The position numbers and the translations under genes are program-made. From contig CAWGMK010000013.1 of the NCBI GenBank assembly GCA_963823655.1, positions 224,001 to 288,000 on the forward strand: a DNA stretch of 64,000 nt. Reading direction: 5' to 3'. The stretch comes from an uncultured Bacillota bacterium (GTDB lineage Bacteria > Bacillota > DTU025 > MWDF01). Positions 1 through 9,929 of the stretch are shown here, one piece after another (the first letter of the stretch is position 1; each line of letters begins with the position of its first letter). Below the pieces are notes generated by a model, which was not told the DNA's origin, did not search any database, and worked only from the letters and a program-made list of their open reading frames with translations.

Positions 1-303
1 CTTAACGCCTGAGGAAAGTCCGAGCTCCATAGGGCAGGGTGCCGGGTAACGCCCGGTGAGGGCGACCTCAAGGAAAGTGCAACAGAAAACAAACCGCCTT
101 TAACAAGGCAAGGATGAAACGGTGCGGTAAGAGCGCACCAGCGCACAGGCAACTGTGCGGCTTGGTAAACCCCACCCGGAGAAAGATCGAATAGGAGGGG
201 CATAGGGCTGCCCGCCTTTCCCTCGGGTCGATCGCTTGAGCAGCGTGGCGACACGTTGCCTAGATGGATGGCCACCCAAGACAGAACTCGGCTTACAGGA
301 TTG
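1..303 (+). ncRNA. rnpB: RNase P RNA (type A), 5' end cut by the window start
   Basis: Universal motifs GAGGAAAGTCCG (11-22), AGTGCAACAGAAA, GAAACGG, GGTAAACCCC and the 3' ACAGAACTCGGCTTAC. Confidence 0.96.
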
Positions 304-346
304 CTTGCATATTTTAGTAGATCATTACTATCTAGGAGGGTTCGGA

Positions 347-508
347 ATGAAGAGATGGATTTGCGACGTATGTGGCTATGTTTACGATCCGGCAAAAGGG
401 GATCTGGGGCAGGGTGTAAAGCCAGGCACACCTTTCGAAGCTTTGCCCGAGGATTGGGTCTGCCCGGATTGCGGAGTAGGCAAAGATAGTTTCAGCCCTG
501 AGGACTAA
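347..508 (+). CDS. Rubredoxin
   Basis: [14 protein letters not shown]...[10 protein letters not shown] with two CxxC motifs; SD AGGAGG before ATG 347. Confidence 0.95.
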   Translation: MKRWICDVCGYVYDPAKGDLGQGVKPGTPFEALPEDWVCPDCGVGKDSFSPED

Positions 509-541
509 GTATATAGGCAAGAATTTTTAGGAGGTATGGAA

Positions 542-1078
542 ATGGGAAAATTCGAAGACAGCAAAACCTATCAGAATCTCCTCGCGGCTTTCGCGGGCGA
601 GAGCCAGGCAAGGAATAAGTACACATACTGGGCATCCGTGGCAAAAAAGGAAGGCCTGGAACAGATAATGGGCTACTTCATCGAAACCGCCGACAATGAA
701 ATGGAGCATGCGAAGCGTTTCGCGAAGTTCCTCGGGCTTATAGGAACGACAACTGTTAACCTAAAGCACGCTGCAGAAGGCGAGCATTACGAGCACACGA
801 AGATGTATCCCGAGTTCGCAAAGATCGCAAAAGAAGAGGGCTACAACGATATCGCATATGTCTTCACAGAGATAGGCGAAGTCGAAGAGGCGCATGAGAA
901 GCGCTATTTGAAGCTTCTCTCCAACATCGAAGACGGAAACGTATTCAAGAAGGGCAAGGAAGTCTTCTGGAAGTGCCGTAACTGCGGCTATATCCACTTT
1001 GGTACCAGCGCACCAACTGCTTGCCCCGCTTGCGCCCATCCCCAGTCTTACTATGAGGTCCTTTGCGAGAATTATTAA
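542..1078 (+). CDS. rbr: Rubrerythrin
   Basis: NLLAAFAGESQARNKY, ExxH diiron motifs, C-terminal CRNCGY..CPAC; SD spacing favours ATG 542 over 536. Confidence 0.95.
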   Translation: MGKFEDSKTYQNLLAAFAGESQARNKYTYWASVAKKEGLEQIMGYFIETADNEMEHAKRFAKFLGLIGTTTVNLKHAAEGEHYEHTKMYPEFAKIAKEEGYNDIAYVFTEIGEVEEAHEKRYLKLLSNIEDGNVFKKGKEVFWKCRNCGYIHFGTSAPTACPACAHPQSYYEVLCENY

Positions 1079-1094
1079 TCCTGGAGGTGCTAAA

Positions 1095-1424
1095 ATGTAC
1101 CGTTGCGGAGTTTGCGGATACGTATATGAAGGGGAGGATGCACCGGACAATTGTCCCAAGTGCGGAGCCCCGAAAGAGAAGTTCACAAAGCTGACAGATG
1201 CCGAAGTGGCATTGATTGAAAGGTCAAGGTATACAAATGACCTTCACATTCAGCTGATTAGGCTTATGGAAAAGGCGATTACCCTTGCAGAGATGGGTAT
1301 AGAGGATGATCTCGACCCGCCGTGCGTAACGCTTTTCAAGAACGCAAAGAAACAGTGCGAGATAATATCCATGAGCAGCAGGACAGAAATTCGCGGTCAC
1401 GTCTCGAAGGGCAAGTGGCAATAG
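1095..1424 (+). CDS. Rubredoxin-type metal-ribbon protein with a C-terminal helical domain
   Basis: MYRCGVCGY..CPKCGAPKEKF followed by SRYTNDLH...LDPPC...GHVSKGKW; SD GGAGG. Confidence 0.85.
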   Translation: MYRCGVCGYVYEGEDAPDNCPKCGAPKEKFTKLTDAEVALIERSRYTNDLHIQLIRLMEKAITLAEMGIEDDLDPPCVTLFKNAKKQCEIISMSSRTEIRGHVSKGKWQ

Positions 1425-1431
1425 GACTATT

Positions 1432-1464
1432 GGGGGACGGCCGTAGGTTGTCCCCCCTTCTTTT
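1432..1464 (+). terminator. Intrinsic terminator of the rubredoxin operon
   Basis: GGGGGAC...GTCCCCC stem followed by TTCTTTT. Confidence 0.65.
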
Positions 1465-1469
1465 AAGGG

Positions 1470-2150
1470 GTGGTCAGCTTGTCTTCGGCATCTGTTAAGA
1501 CTTGCATCATTTTCGCGGGATGTGAGGAAGACCTGTCATTTCCGGCTGAAAGCTTAAGGGCTCGTTCGGAGCTGGTAGTGTGCGCCGACGGAGGTTTGCG
1601 CCTCTGTCACCAAGCCGGCATGAAGGCGGACATAGCGGTGGGGGACTTTGATTCTGCAAGCCCCGAGACGATCGAAAAGGCTAAGTCCGAGGGCACGAAA
1701 TTCTACGAATATCCCGCCGAGAAGGATGAGACCGATCTTGATCTGGCGCTAAAGATCGCCTTCAGGCTGGGCGCGAAGAGGTGTTTTGTTTTCGGAGCGC
1801 TGGGCGGTAGGCTGGATCATGAGCTAACGAACATACTTATGCTGAAGAGATATGCCTCCATGGGTATGAATATCACCCTGAGCGGCCTGGGAAATTCCGT
1901 TGAGATATTGACACATGAGTTCCCATGCAAGTTCGAAGGCAGGAGCGCTTGCAGCCTTTCATTGATTCCTTTGTCTGACATTGTGACGGGCATCAGTACT
2001 TCAGGGATGAAGTATGAGCTGCATGACGAGGACATGGCGTCTGGCAGCAGCAGGGGAGTATCGAACATCGTAATCGCTGAAGTGGCGTTGATAAGCTGCG
2101 TGTCGGGCGAGGCTGCGATAATTACCAGTTCCGAATGCGCAATGGGCTAA
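1470..2150 (+). CDS. thiN: Thiamine pyrophosphokinase
   Basis: CADGG, GDFDS, EKDETD, GALGGRLDH and GVSN motifs; exact start uncertain. Confidence 0.92.
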   Translation: MVSLSSASVKTCIIFAGCEEDLSFPAESLRARSELVVCADGGLRLCHQAGMKADIAVGDFDSASPETIEKAKSEGTKFYEYPAEKDETDLDLALKIAFRLGAKRCFVFGALGGRLDHELTNILMLKRYASMGMNITLSGLGNSVEILTHEFPCKFEGRSACSLSLIPLSDIVTGISTSGMKYELHDEDMASGSSRGVSNIVIAEVALISCVSGEAAIITSSECAMG

Positions 2151-2154
2151 TCGC

Positions 2155-2183
2155 TTGACTTGAAGGTGGATGTATAGTTTAAT
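2155..2183 (+). promoter_or_regulatory. Sigma-A-like promoter of the ileS leader
   Basis: TTGACT-17 nt-TTTAAT. Confidence 0.55.
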
Positions 2184-2191
2184 CAATTCAT

Positions 2192-2430
2192 GAAATGCAT
2201 TGACGGGGAAGAGTAGCGCCAATTCGCCATCAAGAGAGCGGGGCAAGGTGGGAACCCGTATGGAAGAAGGCTCGAAAATCACCCCTGAGCAGCAGGCTGA
2301 ACTAGAGTAGGCCGTGCCGGAGATCCACCGTTACGAGGATGGGGCATAACTCGTGCCTTAAGTGGGCCTTAAAGGCCAATTTGGGTGGTACCGCGGGTTC
2401 AGCCCGTCCCATTTGAGGACGGGTTTTTTA
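2192..2430 (+). promoter_or_regulatory. T-box riboswitch, Ile specifier
   Basis: Stem I AGAGA/GGTGGGA motifs, specifier ATC at 2278-2280, T-box AATTTGGGTGGTACCGCG (2378-2395), terminator CCCGTCC..GGACGGG-TTTTTT. Confidence 0.93.
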
Positions 2431-2452
2431 TATCCTGCTGGAGGTAGTATCA

Positions 2453-5400
2453 ATGTTCAAGAAGGTAAGCACGGAAGTTAATTTTCCGGCGGTCGAAAAA
2501 AGGGTGCTCGACTTCTGGAGGGAGAAGGAAATATTCCAAAAGAGCATAGATAACAGGGAGGGGAAACCTTCCTTCGTATTCTATGAAGGTCCGCCTACGG
2601 CTAACGGTAAACCCCATCCGGGCCATGTACTGACACGGGCAATCAAAGACGTAGTCTTGAGATACAAAACCATGGAAGGTTACCTGGTAAACCGCAAAGG
2701 CGGCTGGGACACTCACGGCCTTCCCGTTGAGCTTGAGGTGGAAAAGCAGCTCGGGATAAGCGGCAAGCCGGACATCGAGAAGTACGGAGTGGAGAAGTTC
2801 ATAGCCAGATGCAAAGAAAGCGTCTGGAAGTACCTGAAAGAGTGGACTGACATCACCGAACGCATAGGCTTCTGGGTCGATACTGACGATCCGTACGTAA
2901 CCTACCATGACAACTATATCGAGTCAGTATGGTGGGCAGTCAAGACGATATTCGACAAAGGGCTGATGTATAAGGGGCATAAAGTAGTACCTTACTGTCC
3001 TAGGTGCGGCACCGCTCTGTCAAGCCACGAGGTGGCGCAGGGCTACAAGGATGTCAAGGACACTTCGGTATACGTAAAAATGAAGAAGTCGGATGAGCCC
3101 GACACTTACTTCCTGGTATGGACTACTACACCATGGACTTTGCCATCGAACGTTGCGCTTGCGATAGCGAAGGACGCCGAGTATTCATATGTAAAGACGG
3201 AAGGCGGAAGCCTGATCCTCGCAAGCCAGCTTGTTGAGAAGATGGGCCTGGTTGCGGCCGACACGACTAAGAAGGTGAGCGGCTCAGCCCTGATTGGCAG
3301 CACATATGAGCCCCTGTATTCCTTCGTCAAAGTGGACAAGCCCGCCTACAGGGTTGTGGCCGGGGACTTCGTGACGCTAACCGACGGCACAGGCATAGTC
3401 CATATAGCGCCCGCTTTCGGCGAAGATGACAGCAAGGTCGGCAAGGAAAACGACCTGCCCGTGATACAAGTAGTGGACCTCCAGGGGAAGTTTGATGAGA
3501 ATGTAACCCCCTGGAAGGGCGTGTTCGTTAAAGATGCAGATCCGAGGATAATGGAGGAGCTGGCATCAAGAGGGCTGCTGTTCAAGCAGGAGGAATATCT
3601 GCACAGCTACCCGTTCTGCTGGAGATGCGATACCCCTCTTTTGTATTACGCGCGCGCCTCATGGTTCATCTCGATGTCTCAGCTTCGCGACAAGCTGCTG
3701 AAGAACAACCAGAACATCAACTGGTTCCCGGAGCATATAAAAGAGGGCCGCTTCGGCAACTTCCTGGAAAATGTTATAGACTGGGCAGTATCAAGGGAGC
3801 GTTACTGGGGAACGCCCCTGCCGATATGGGTTTGCGAATCCTGCGGCAACCAGACGGCAATAGGGAGCAAGCAACAGCTCGAGGAGATGGCGATCGGAGA
3901 GATTGACCTGCCGGAACTTCACCGCCCGTACATCGACGCAGTAAAGATAAAGTGCCCTAAGTGCGGTTCTGAGTCGAAGAGGACTCCTGAGGTAATGGAT
4001 TGCTGGTTTGATTCCGGATCCATGCCGTTTGCGCAGTGGCACTATCCCTTCGAGAACAAGGAGATCTTCGAAAAGGCCTTTCCGGCGGACTTCATAACTG
4101 AAGCGATAGACCAGACAAGGGGCTGGTTCTATACGCTGGTGGCGATATCCACGCTCCTGTTCGACAAGGAGCCATTCAAGAATTGCGTCGTAATGGGGCT
4201 TGTGTTGGACGAAAACGGCCAGAAGATGTCCAAGAGCAAGGGAAATGTTGTTGACACCTGGGGAATATTGGACAAGCAGGGCGCCGATGCGATGCGATGG
4301 TACCTGTACACGACCAATCCTCCGTGGAACCCGACAAGGTTCTACGAGGAGGGGATCACGGACGCCATAAGGAAATACATGGGCACCTTGTGGAATGTGT
4401 ATTCATTCTTCGTGCTCTACGCCAACATAGATGAGTACAGGCCCGCTGACCATTATGTGCCGTTATCGCAAAGGGCCGACATAGACCGCTGGATAATTTC
4501 GAAGCTGAACAACACGACGGCGAAAATAAGAAGCGATATGGATAAAGTTCAATATCACAGACGGGGGCAAGGCCCTGGAAGGTTTCGTTGATGAGCTATC
4601 CAACTGGTATGTGAGGCGCTCCAGAAGGCGTTACTGGGGTTCGGAATGGACTTTGGATAAAGAGGCAGCATTCATAACGCTTTATGAGGTTCTTGTCGAG
4701 CTGTCCAAGCTTACCGCGCCGTTTACGCCTTTCGTGGCTGAGGAGATCTACAGCAACCTCGTCGGCTCGCTTGGAGAAGAAGGGGCCCCCGAGAGCGTCC
4801 ATCTGTGCGACTACCCGGTCAAGGACGATTCCAAGGTGGATATGGACCTTGAGAGGAAGATGGACCTTGCAGAGCAGGTTGTCTACATGGGAAGGCTTGC
4901 CAGGAACACGGTGAACATAAAAAACAGGCAGCCCCTGGACAGGATACTGTTCGAGACCTCGGACTCTCAGGAGAAGGCCGATATATCCGACCTTGCGGAG
5001 CTTATAGAAGATGAGCTCAATGTGAAAAATGTTGAGTTCGCAGAAGATTTGGCAGGTTTCGCTACCTACAAGCTGAAGCCGAGGTTCGATCTGCTTGGCA
5101 AGAAGCTTGGGCCAAGAATGAAAGCGCTTGCCGCAGCAGTTGCCGCATCAAGCGAGGAGACTGCGGCCAAGGCCGCCGAAGGCAAGCAGGTTGCATTCAT
5201 GCTAGAAGACGGAGAAATTCAACTAGACGCTTCTGAGCTAATCGTTGAGACCATACAGAAGCCGGGCTGGTGCGCAGTGTCCAACAAGGGGCGGAAGGCC
5301 GCACTGTCCACAGAGATAACCGAAGAGCTAAGGCTGGAGGGCTTCTTAAGGGAGCTTCTCAACAAGATACAAAACTCGAGGAAAGACGCCGGCTTCCAGA

Positions 5401-5591
5401 TTGAAGACAGGATCAGGACAATGCTGTACGGTGGAGAGATGACAGAGAAGGCTTATGCGAAATTCTCGAAATACATAATGGATGAAACCCTCTCGGAACA
5501 GCTGGAGCTGGGCAACTTCGAGGCGGAATTCAGCAAGGAATGGGAAGTCAATGATGAACTCGTCAAGATCTCAATCTCAAGGTTACGCTGA
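2453..5591 (+). CDS. ileS: Isoleucine-tRNA ligase, type 2; one +1 frameshift at ~4545 (probable sequencing error)
   Basis: GPPTANGKPHPGH, GWDTHGLP, SRERYWGTPLP, DQTRGWFY, KMSKS; removing one A at 4544-4546 restores DKFNITDGGKALEGFVDELSNWYVRRSR. Confidence 0.95.
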
Positions 5592-6412
5592 TTTACATAC
5601 CCACAGCATACATTCGGACGGTCATGACAGACCGTCCGATGTCCTGCTAAAGGCCAAAGCCGCCGGCCTTGCCGGCCTTGCGTTGACCGATCATGATACT
5701 TTAGCAGGCATAGATGAAGCAAAAGCTAAAGCCATTGAACTAGGGATGCAGTTTATGACCGGCGTCGAACTGTCGACTACTCACAAAGACAAGGAAGTCC
5801 ATGTGCTTGGATACTTCCCTGACGAACCTACCGAGTCATTCAAAGACATGCTTGCAGAGATGTCGATGCTCAGGATCGGGCGAATGAAGCGGATGATAGC
5901 CAAGCTGAATGCACTGGGCTGTCCCATAGAAGAGGAGTACGTGTTCTCGTTGCCGGCAGGCGGCATAATTGGCAGAGCGCACCTGTTCAGGGCCATCAGG
6001 GACAGATTTTCAGGCGAATTCAATGCCAGGGCTGACAAATGGCTGAACATCGGAGGATGCGGCGTTCGAACCTACGTCCGATATGTCTCCGGCAGATGCC
6101 ATATCCTATATTCGAGGCTCAAAGGGTGTCGCTGTGTTGGCTCATCCCGGCACATCGGGCGCGGACCCTTTCCTTGAGGATCTCGCAGCCGCGGGGCTTA
6201 TGGGAATCGAGGCGATCTATCCGAAGCATGACAGGTCCTCGACATCCAGGTACAAGAAGTTCGCGAAAGCCCATGGGCTTCTTGTAACAGGCGGCTCGGA
6301 TTGGCATGGCGAGTTCGAAGGTTCAGTGCTATATCACTCAGGCTCGGTGGGCGCCGCCAAAGTGCCGGTAGAAGTGATGGATCAGATTAGAGAAGCAGCT
6401 ATTGGGGCATAA
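5551..6412 (+). CDS. PHP-family metallophosphoesterase (TrpH/YciV-like); +1 frameshift at ~6061
   Basis: DLHTHSIHSDG, LTDHDT, GVELS, HVLGY, GRAH, LAHP, TGGSDWHG; overlaps the ileS 3' end. Confidence 0.88.
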
Positions 6413-6438
6413 AGAAAGGAAGGGCTCGCGCCCTTCCT
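6411..6438 (-). terminator. Terminator between the convergent PHP gene and rpmB
   Basis: AGGAAGGGC-TCGC-GCCCTTCCT hairpin with TTCTTT tail on the minus strand. Confidence 0.6.
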
Positions 6439-6457
6439 CAGATTTTTGGACTCCTAA

Positions 6458-6649
6458 TTAGCTTGCGCGCACTACCTTTCCGGATTTAAGGCAGTTTGTG
6501 CAGACTCTGATGCGCTTAGGACTACCGTTGACGATGGCTTTGACAGTTTGCAGGTTAGGTAGCCATCTACGCCTGGTATGTACCTCGGAATTGCTTATGT
6601 TGTTTCCGTATACGGGCCCCTTATTGCATACCTCGCAGACTTTTGACAT
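6458..6649 (-). CDS. rpmB: 50S ribosomal protein L28 (CxxC zinc-type)
   Basis: [37 protein letters not shown]. Confidence 0.96.
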   Translation of the reverse strand: MSKVCEVCNKGPVYGNNISNSEVHTRRRWLPNLQTVKAIVNGSPKRIRVCTNCLKSGKVVRAS

Positions 6650-6809
6650 ATGATAACCTCCTTCCGGCAAGGCCTAAAGTACAAATAATTTACCATATGA
6701 ATATAACACTTCGATTGTTATGATGCAATAGCAGGCTTAATAAGCTGAAAAAGTAGTCGCGGAATCCTTAATCATTTTAGCAGGCATGTTTTGAGACTAG
6801 AACTTATGA

Positions 6810-6838
6810 TTGAATGATTTTATTTTAATGGTTAAAAT
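6810..6838 (+). promoter_or_regulatory. Sigma-A-like promoter of the asp23-fakA operon
   Basis: TTGAAT-17 nt-TAAAAT in the AT-rich divergent intergenic region. Confidence 0.55.
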
Positions 6839-6906
6839 TATTAGATGATAGTAGAATAATCCGGTGCGCAAATGTGACAAATCTTCTTGGATTTGGAGGA
6901 TTACCA

Positions 6907-7281
6907 ATGGCAAGAGAGCTTAAGACCGCTTTGGGCCAAGTATCGATTTCTGATGACGTTATTGCCGCGATAGCGGGCATAGCGGCGCATGAAAGCTATG
7001 GCCTGGTCGGTATGGCCTCGCGCACTTTCACAGACGGCATCGCCGAGCTTCTGGGCATGGAGAACATAAGCAAGGGCGTTGAAGTGAAAGTGGACGGTGA
7101 AGAAGTCAGGATTAACCTTTTTGTTATAGTAGAGTACGGTACGAAGGTCACGGAAGTGGCAAAGAACGTTGTCGAGAAAGTCAGATATGTTGTCGAAGCC
7201 ATGACCGGCCTGAATGTGGCTGATGTCAAGATCACGGTGCAGGGCGTCCGTGTTGGGAATGGCGGAAAGGATAAGCGCTGA
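6907..7281 (+). CDS. yloU: Asp23/Gls24 family protein (YloU-like)
   Basis: GQVSISDDVIAAIAG..YGLVGMA..IVEYGTK..MTGL; canonical position between rpmB and the DAK2 gene. Confidence 0.9.
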   Translation: MARELKTALGQVSISDDVIAAIAGIAAHESYGLVGMASRTFTDGIAELLGMENISKGVEVKVDGEEVRINLFVIVEYGTKVTEVAKNVVEKVRYVVEAMTGLNVADVKITVQGVRVGNGGKDKR

Positions 7282-9012
7282 TGGCAGTAACAAATAAGTT
7301 GTCGGCCGCCAAATCCATGGATGGAAAGGCCCTGACAAAGGCTTTTAGGGATGCGGCAGCCTATGTGGGCGAACGTAAGGCCATCATAGATGCGCTTAAC
7401 GTGTTTCCTGTCCCGGACGGAGATACGGGCACGAATATGTACCTTACCATGAGCTCCGCAGTCAAGGAGATGGACAAGTACCCGGCAGAGAAGGTCGGGG
7501 AAGTGGCAAACAGCATAGCCTTGGGTTGCCTCATGGGCGCCCGCGGCAATTCCGGCGTTATTTTCTCTCAGCTCATGAGGGGATATTCGACACGGCTTAA
7601 AGGCAAGAAAGTTGCGAACACCGCCGATGTTGCAGAGGCCCTTATGGAGGCCTCCAACATGGCTTACAAGGCCGTAATCAAGCCAGTTGAAGGAACGATC
7701 CTTACGGTGTCCAGGCTGGCCGGCAGGGAAGCCATTGAAGCATATAAGGGTGGATCCGACGTCATCGAGATATTCAAAGCGGCGTTAAACGGTGCGAAAG
7801 TAGCCCTTGAGAAGACCCCGGACCTGCTTCCCGTCCTTAAAGAGGCGGGAGTAGTCGATGCGGGCGGCAAGGGTTATGTATTCTTCCTTGAAGGTATCAT
7901 TTTGTCGCTGGAGGGCACCGATATCGCTGGGCAGCCCGTTGAAGCAGCAGGCAGTAGAGCAGAGATTTGAGGAGAAGAAGGATACAACACAAATAGAGTT
8001 CAGATACTGCACCGAGTTTCTTATCAAGGGAAGCGGGCTTGACGAGGAGAAGATTCGCAAGGACATCGACATGATGGGCGACAGCATGCTAGTTGTCGGT
8101 ATCCCTGAGACAATGAAAGTTCACATCCATTCCAACAATCCCGGAAAAGTGCTTGAGAAGGCAGTCAAGTACGGCACTCTCCATGAGATCCACATAAACA
8201 ACATGGCAGACCAGCATGAGGACTTCGTAATGCCCGAATTCTCGAAGCAGGGCGGCGTGGCTCCTACTGATGGGCATGCACATGCACAGGCAGTTGAAAC
8301 CAGTGGCAAAGCGACTGCCGAGAAAACCATCGAGTATAAGAAGCCGGTTGTTATCAAGCCTCTTGCTACCGTAGCGGTGGCTGCAGGCGATGGGCTAAGG
8401 GAGATCTTCGAAAGCCTCGGTGTGGACCAATCCGTGACGGGCGGGCAGACCCTTAACCCTTCAATTAAGGAGATCGTTGACGCAATCGAAGCGACCGGTT
8501 CGAAGGAAGTAATAGTACTGCCCAACAACAAGAACGTTATACTGACTGCAAGGCAAGCCGCCGAGGTCGTTAAGGCCAAAGTCCATGTAATTCCTTCGAA
8601 GTCTATGCAGCAGGGAATAGCCGCCATGATGGGCTTCAACTCCGAAGCGCCGGCCAAAGAGAACGTGGACAGGATGGCAAAGGGGCTAGCAAGCGTAATA
8701 AGCGGCGAGATTACCTATGCAGTAAGGGATACGAAGCTCAACGGGATTGAGATCAAACAGAATGACTATATCGGGATAATTGACGGCCAGCTGCTCGTGG
8801 ACGGCACGGACCTGGAGAAAGTGGCCCTTGAAACGCTAGCCAAGATGGTAAAGCAGGAAAGCGAGATAGTCACGATCTTCTACGGCCAGGAAGTGGAAGA
8901 AGCCAAGGCCCAGGAGCTTGCTGACAAGATACAAGAGCAGTACGCACATCTTTCAGTGGAGCTTCACAGCGGCGGACAGCCTGTGTACTACTACCTGCTG
9001 TCAGTAGAATAG
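7281..9012 (+). CDS. fakA: Fatty acid kinase subunit A (DAK2 domain, YloV); +1 frameshift at ~7941-7951
   Basis: LNVFPVPDGDTGTNM, GARGNSGVI, KPVEGTILTV, VVDAGG, YCTEF, VHIH, GGQTLNPS, GGQPVYYY. Confidence 0.93.
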
Positions 9013-9051
9013 GATCGGAGGTGAGCCGCCCCCCTTTAGGGCGGCATTGAT

Positions 9052-9909
9052 ATGGGTAATAAGATTGCGCTGGTGACTGATTCATTAAGCGACCTGGTTC
9101 CGGAGCTTGTAAGCAAGCACTCGGTAACCATAGTGCCTATCAGGATAATCTTCGGCGAGGAAGTCTACCGCGACAGGATAGACATAACCGATGAGCAGTT
9201 CTATGAACGGCTTAGGACATCCGATGTCATGCCGAAAACCTCACAGCCCACACCCAATGAGTTCGAGGACGTCTACAAGGAACTTCTAAAGAAATACGAT
9301 CACATAGTATCCCTGCACATCTCAATAAAGCTGAGCGGCACGGTGCAGTCGGCGGCTCTGGCAAGGCAATCGTTCTCCGAGGCCGACCAGGCGAGGATCC
9401 ATGTAATCGATACCTTAACAGGGGCGATGGGTGAAGGCCTTATTGTAAACGCTGCCGGAGAAGCCATAAAATCCGGTAAGGATATCGAAGGGGTCCTCGC
9501 AGCCGTTAAGGACGCTATAGATAATTCCGGGATCATCTGGATACCGGGCTCCTTGAAGTACCTGCATAAGAACGGCAGGATTGGCGGGGCAAGCGCTCTC
9601 CTAGGTGGCATTTTGCATATAATGCCCCTTATTGGTTGTAAAGAAAGTGTTTACACCATAGAGAAGATCCGCGGAATCAAGAACACGGTTCCAAAGTTCA
9701 TAGAATACATGAAGAAGACCATAAGTCCGGGCACAACGCTTATCGCGTGCATAATCAACAACAACATGGACAAGAATGCCGCGGAGCTTGAAAAGGCTGT
9801 CGTGACTAGCTTCAACGTAAGGAAGCTTTTCCATTCAGGAATGGGAGCGGGTATTGGCAGCCACATCGGACCGGACACATTCGGCGTAGCGTGGTACTTC
9901 GCCAGATGA
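9052..9909 (+). CDS. fakB: DegV family fatty acid binding protein (FakB), copy 1
   Basis: VTDS, KTSQP, SIKLSGT, GRIG, HIGP. Confidence 0.9.
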   Translation: MGNKIALVTDSLSDLVPELVSKHSVTIVPIRIIFGEEVYRDRIDITDEQFYERLRTSDVMPKTSQPTPNEFEDVYKELLKKYDHIVSLHISIKLSGTVQSAALARQSFSEADQARIHVIDTLTGAMGEGLIVNAAGEAIKSGKDIEGVLAAVKDAIDNSGIIWIPGSLKYLHKNGRIGGASALLGGILHIMPLIGCKESVYTIEKIRGIKNTVPKFIEYMKKTISPGTTLIACIINNNMDKNAAELEKAVVTSFNVRKLFHSGMGAGIGSHIGPDTFGVAWYFAR

Positions 9910-9929
9910 CGACGACAGGAGGTAGCGCC

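Noticed and set aside
236-346. N-terminal extension of rubredoxin in the ORF track
   Set aside because: It overlaps the RNase P RNA; the real start is ATG 347 behind an SD.
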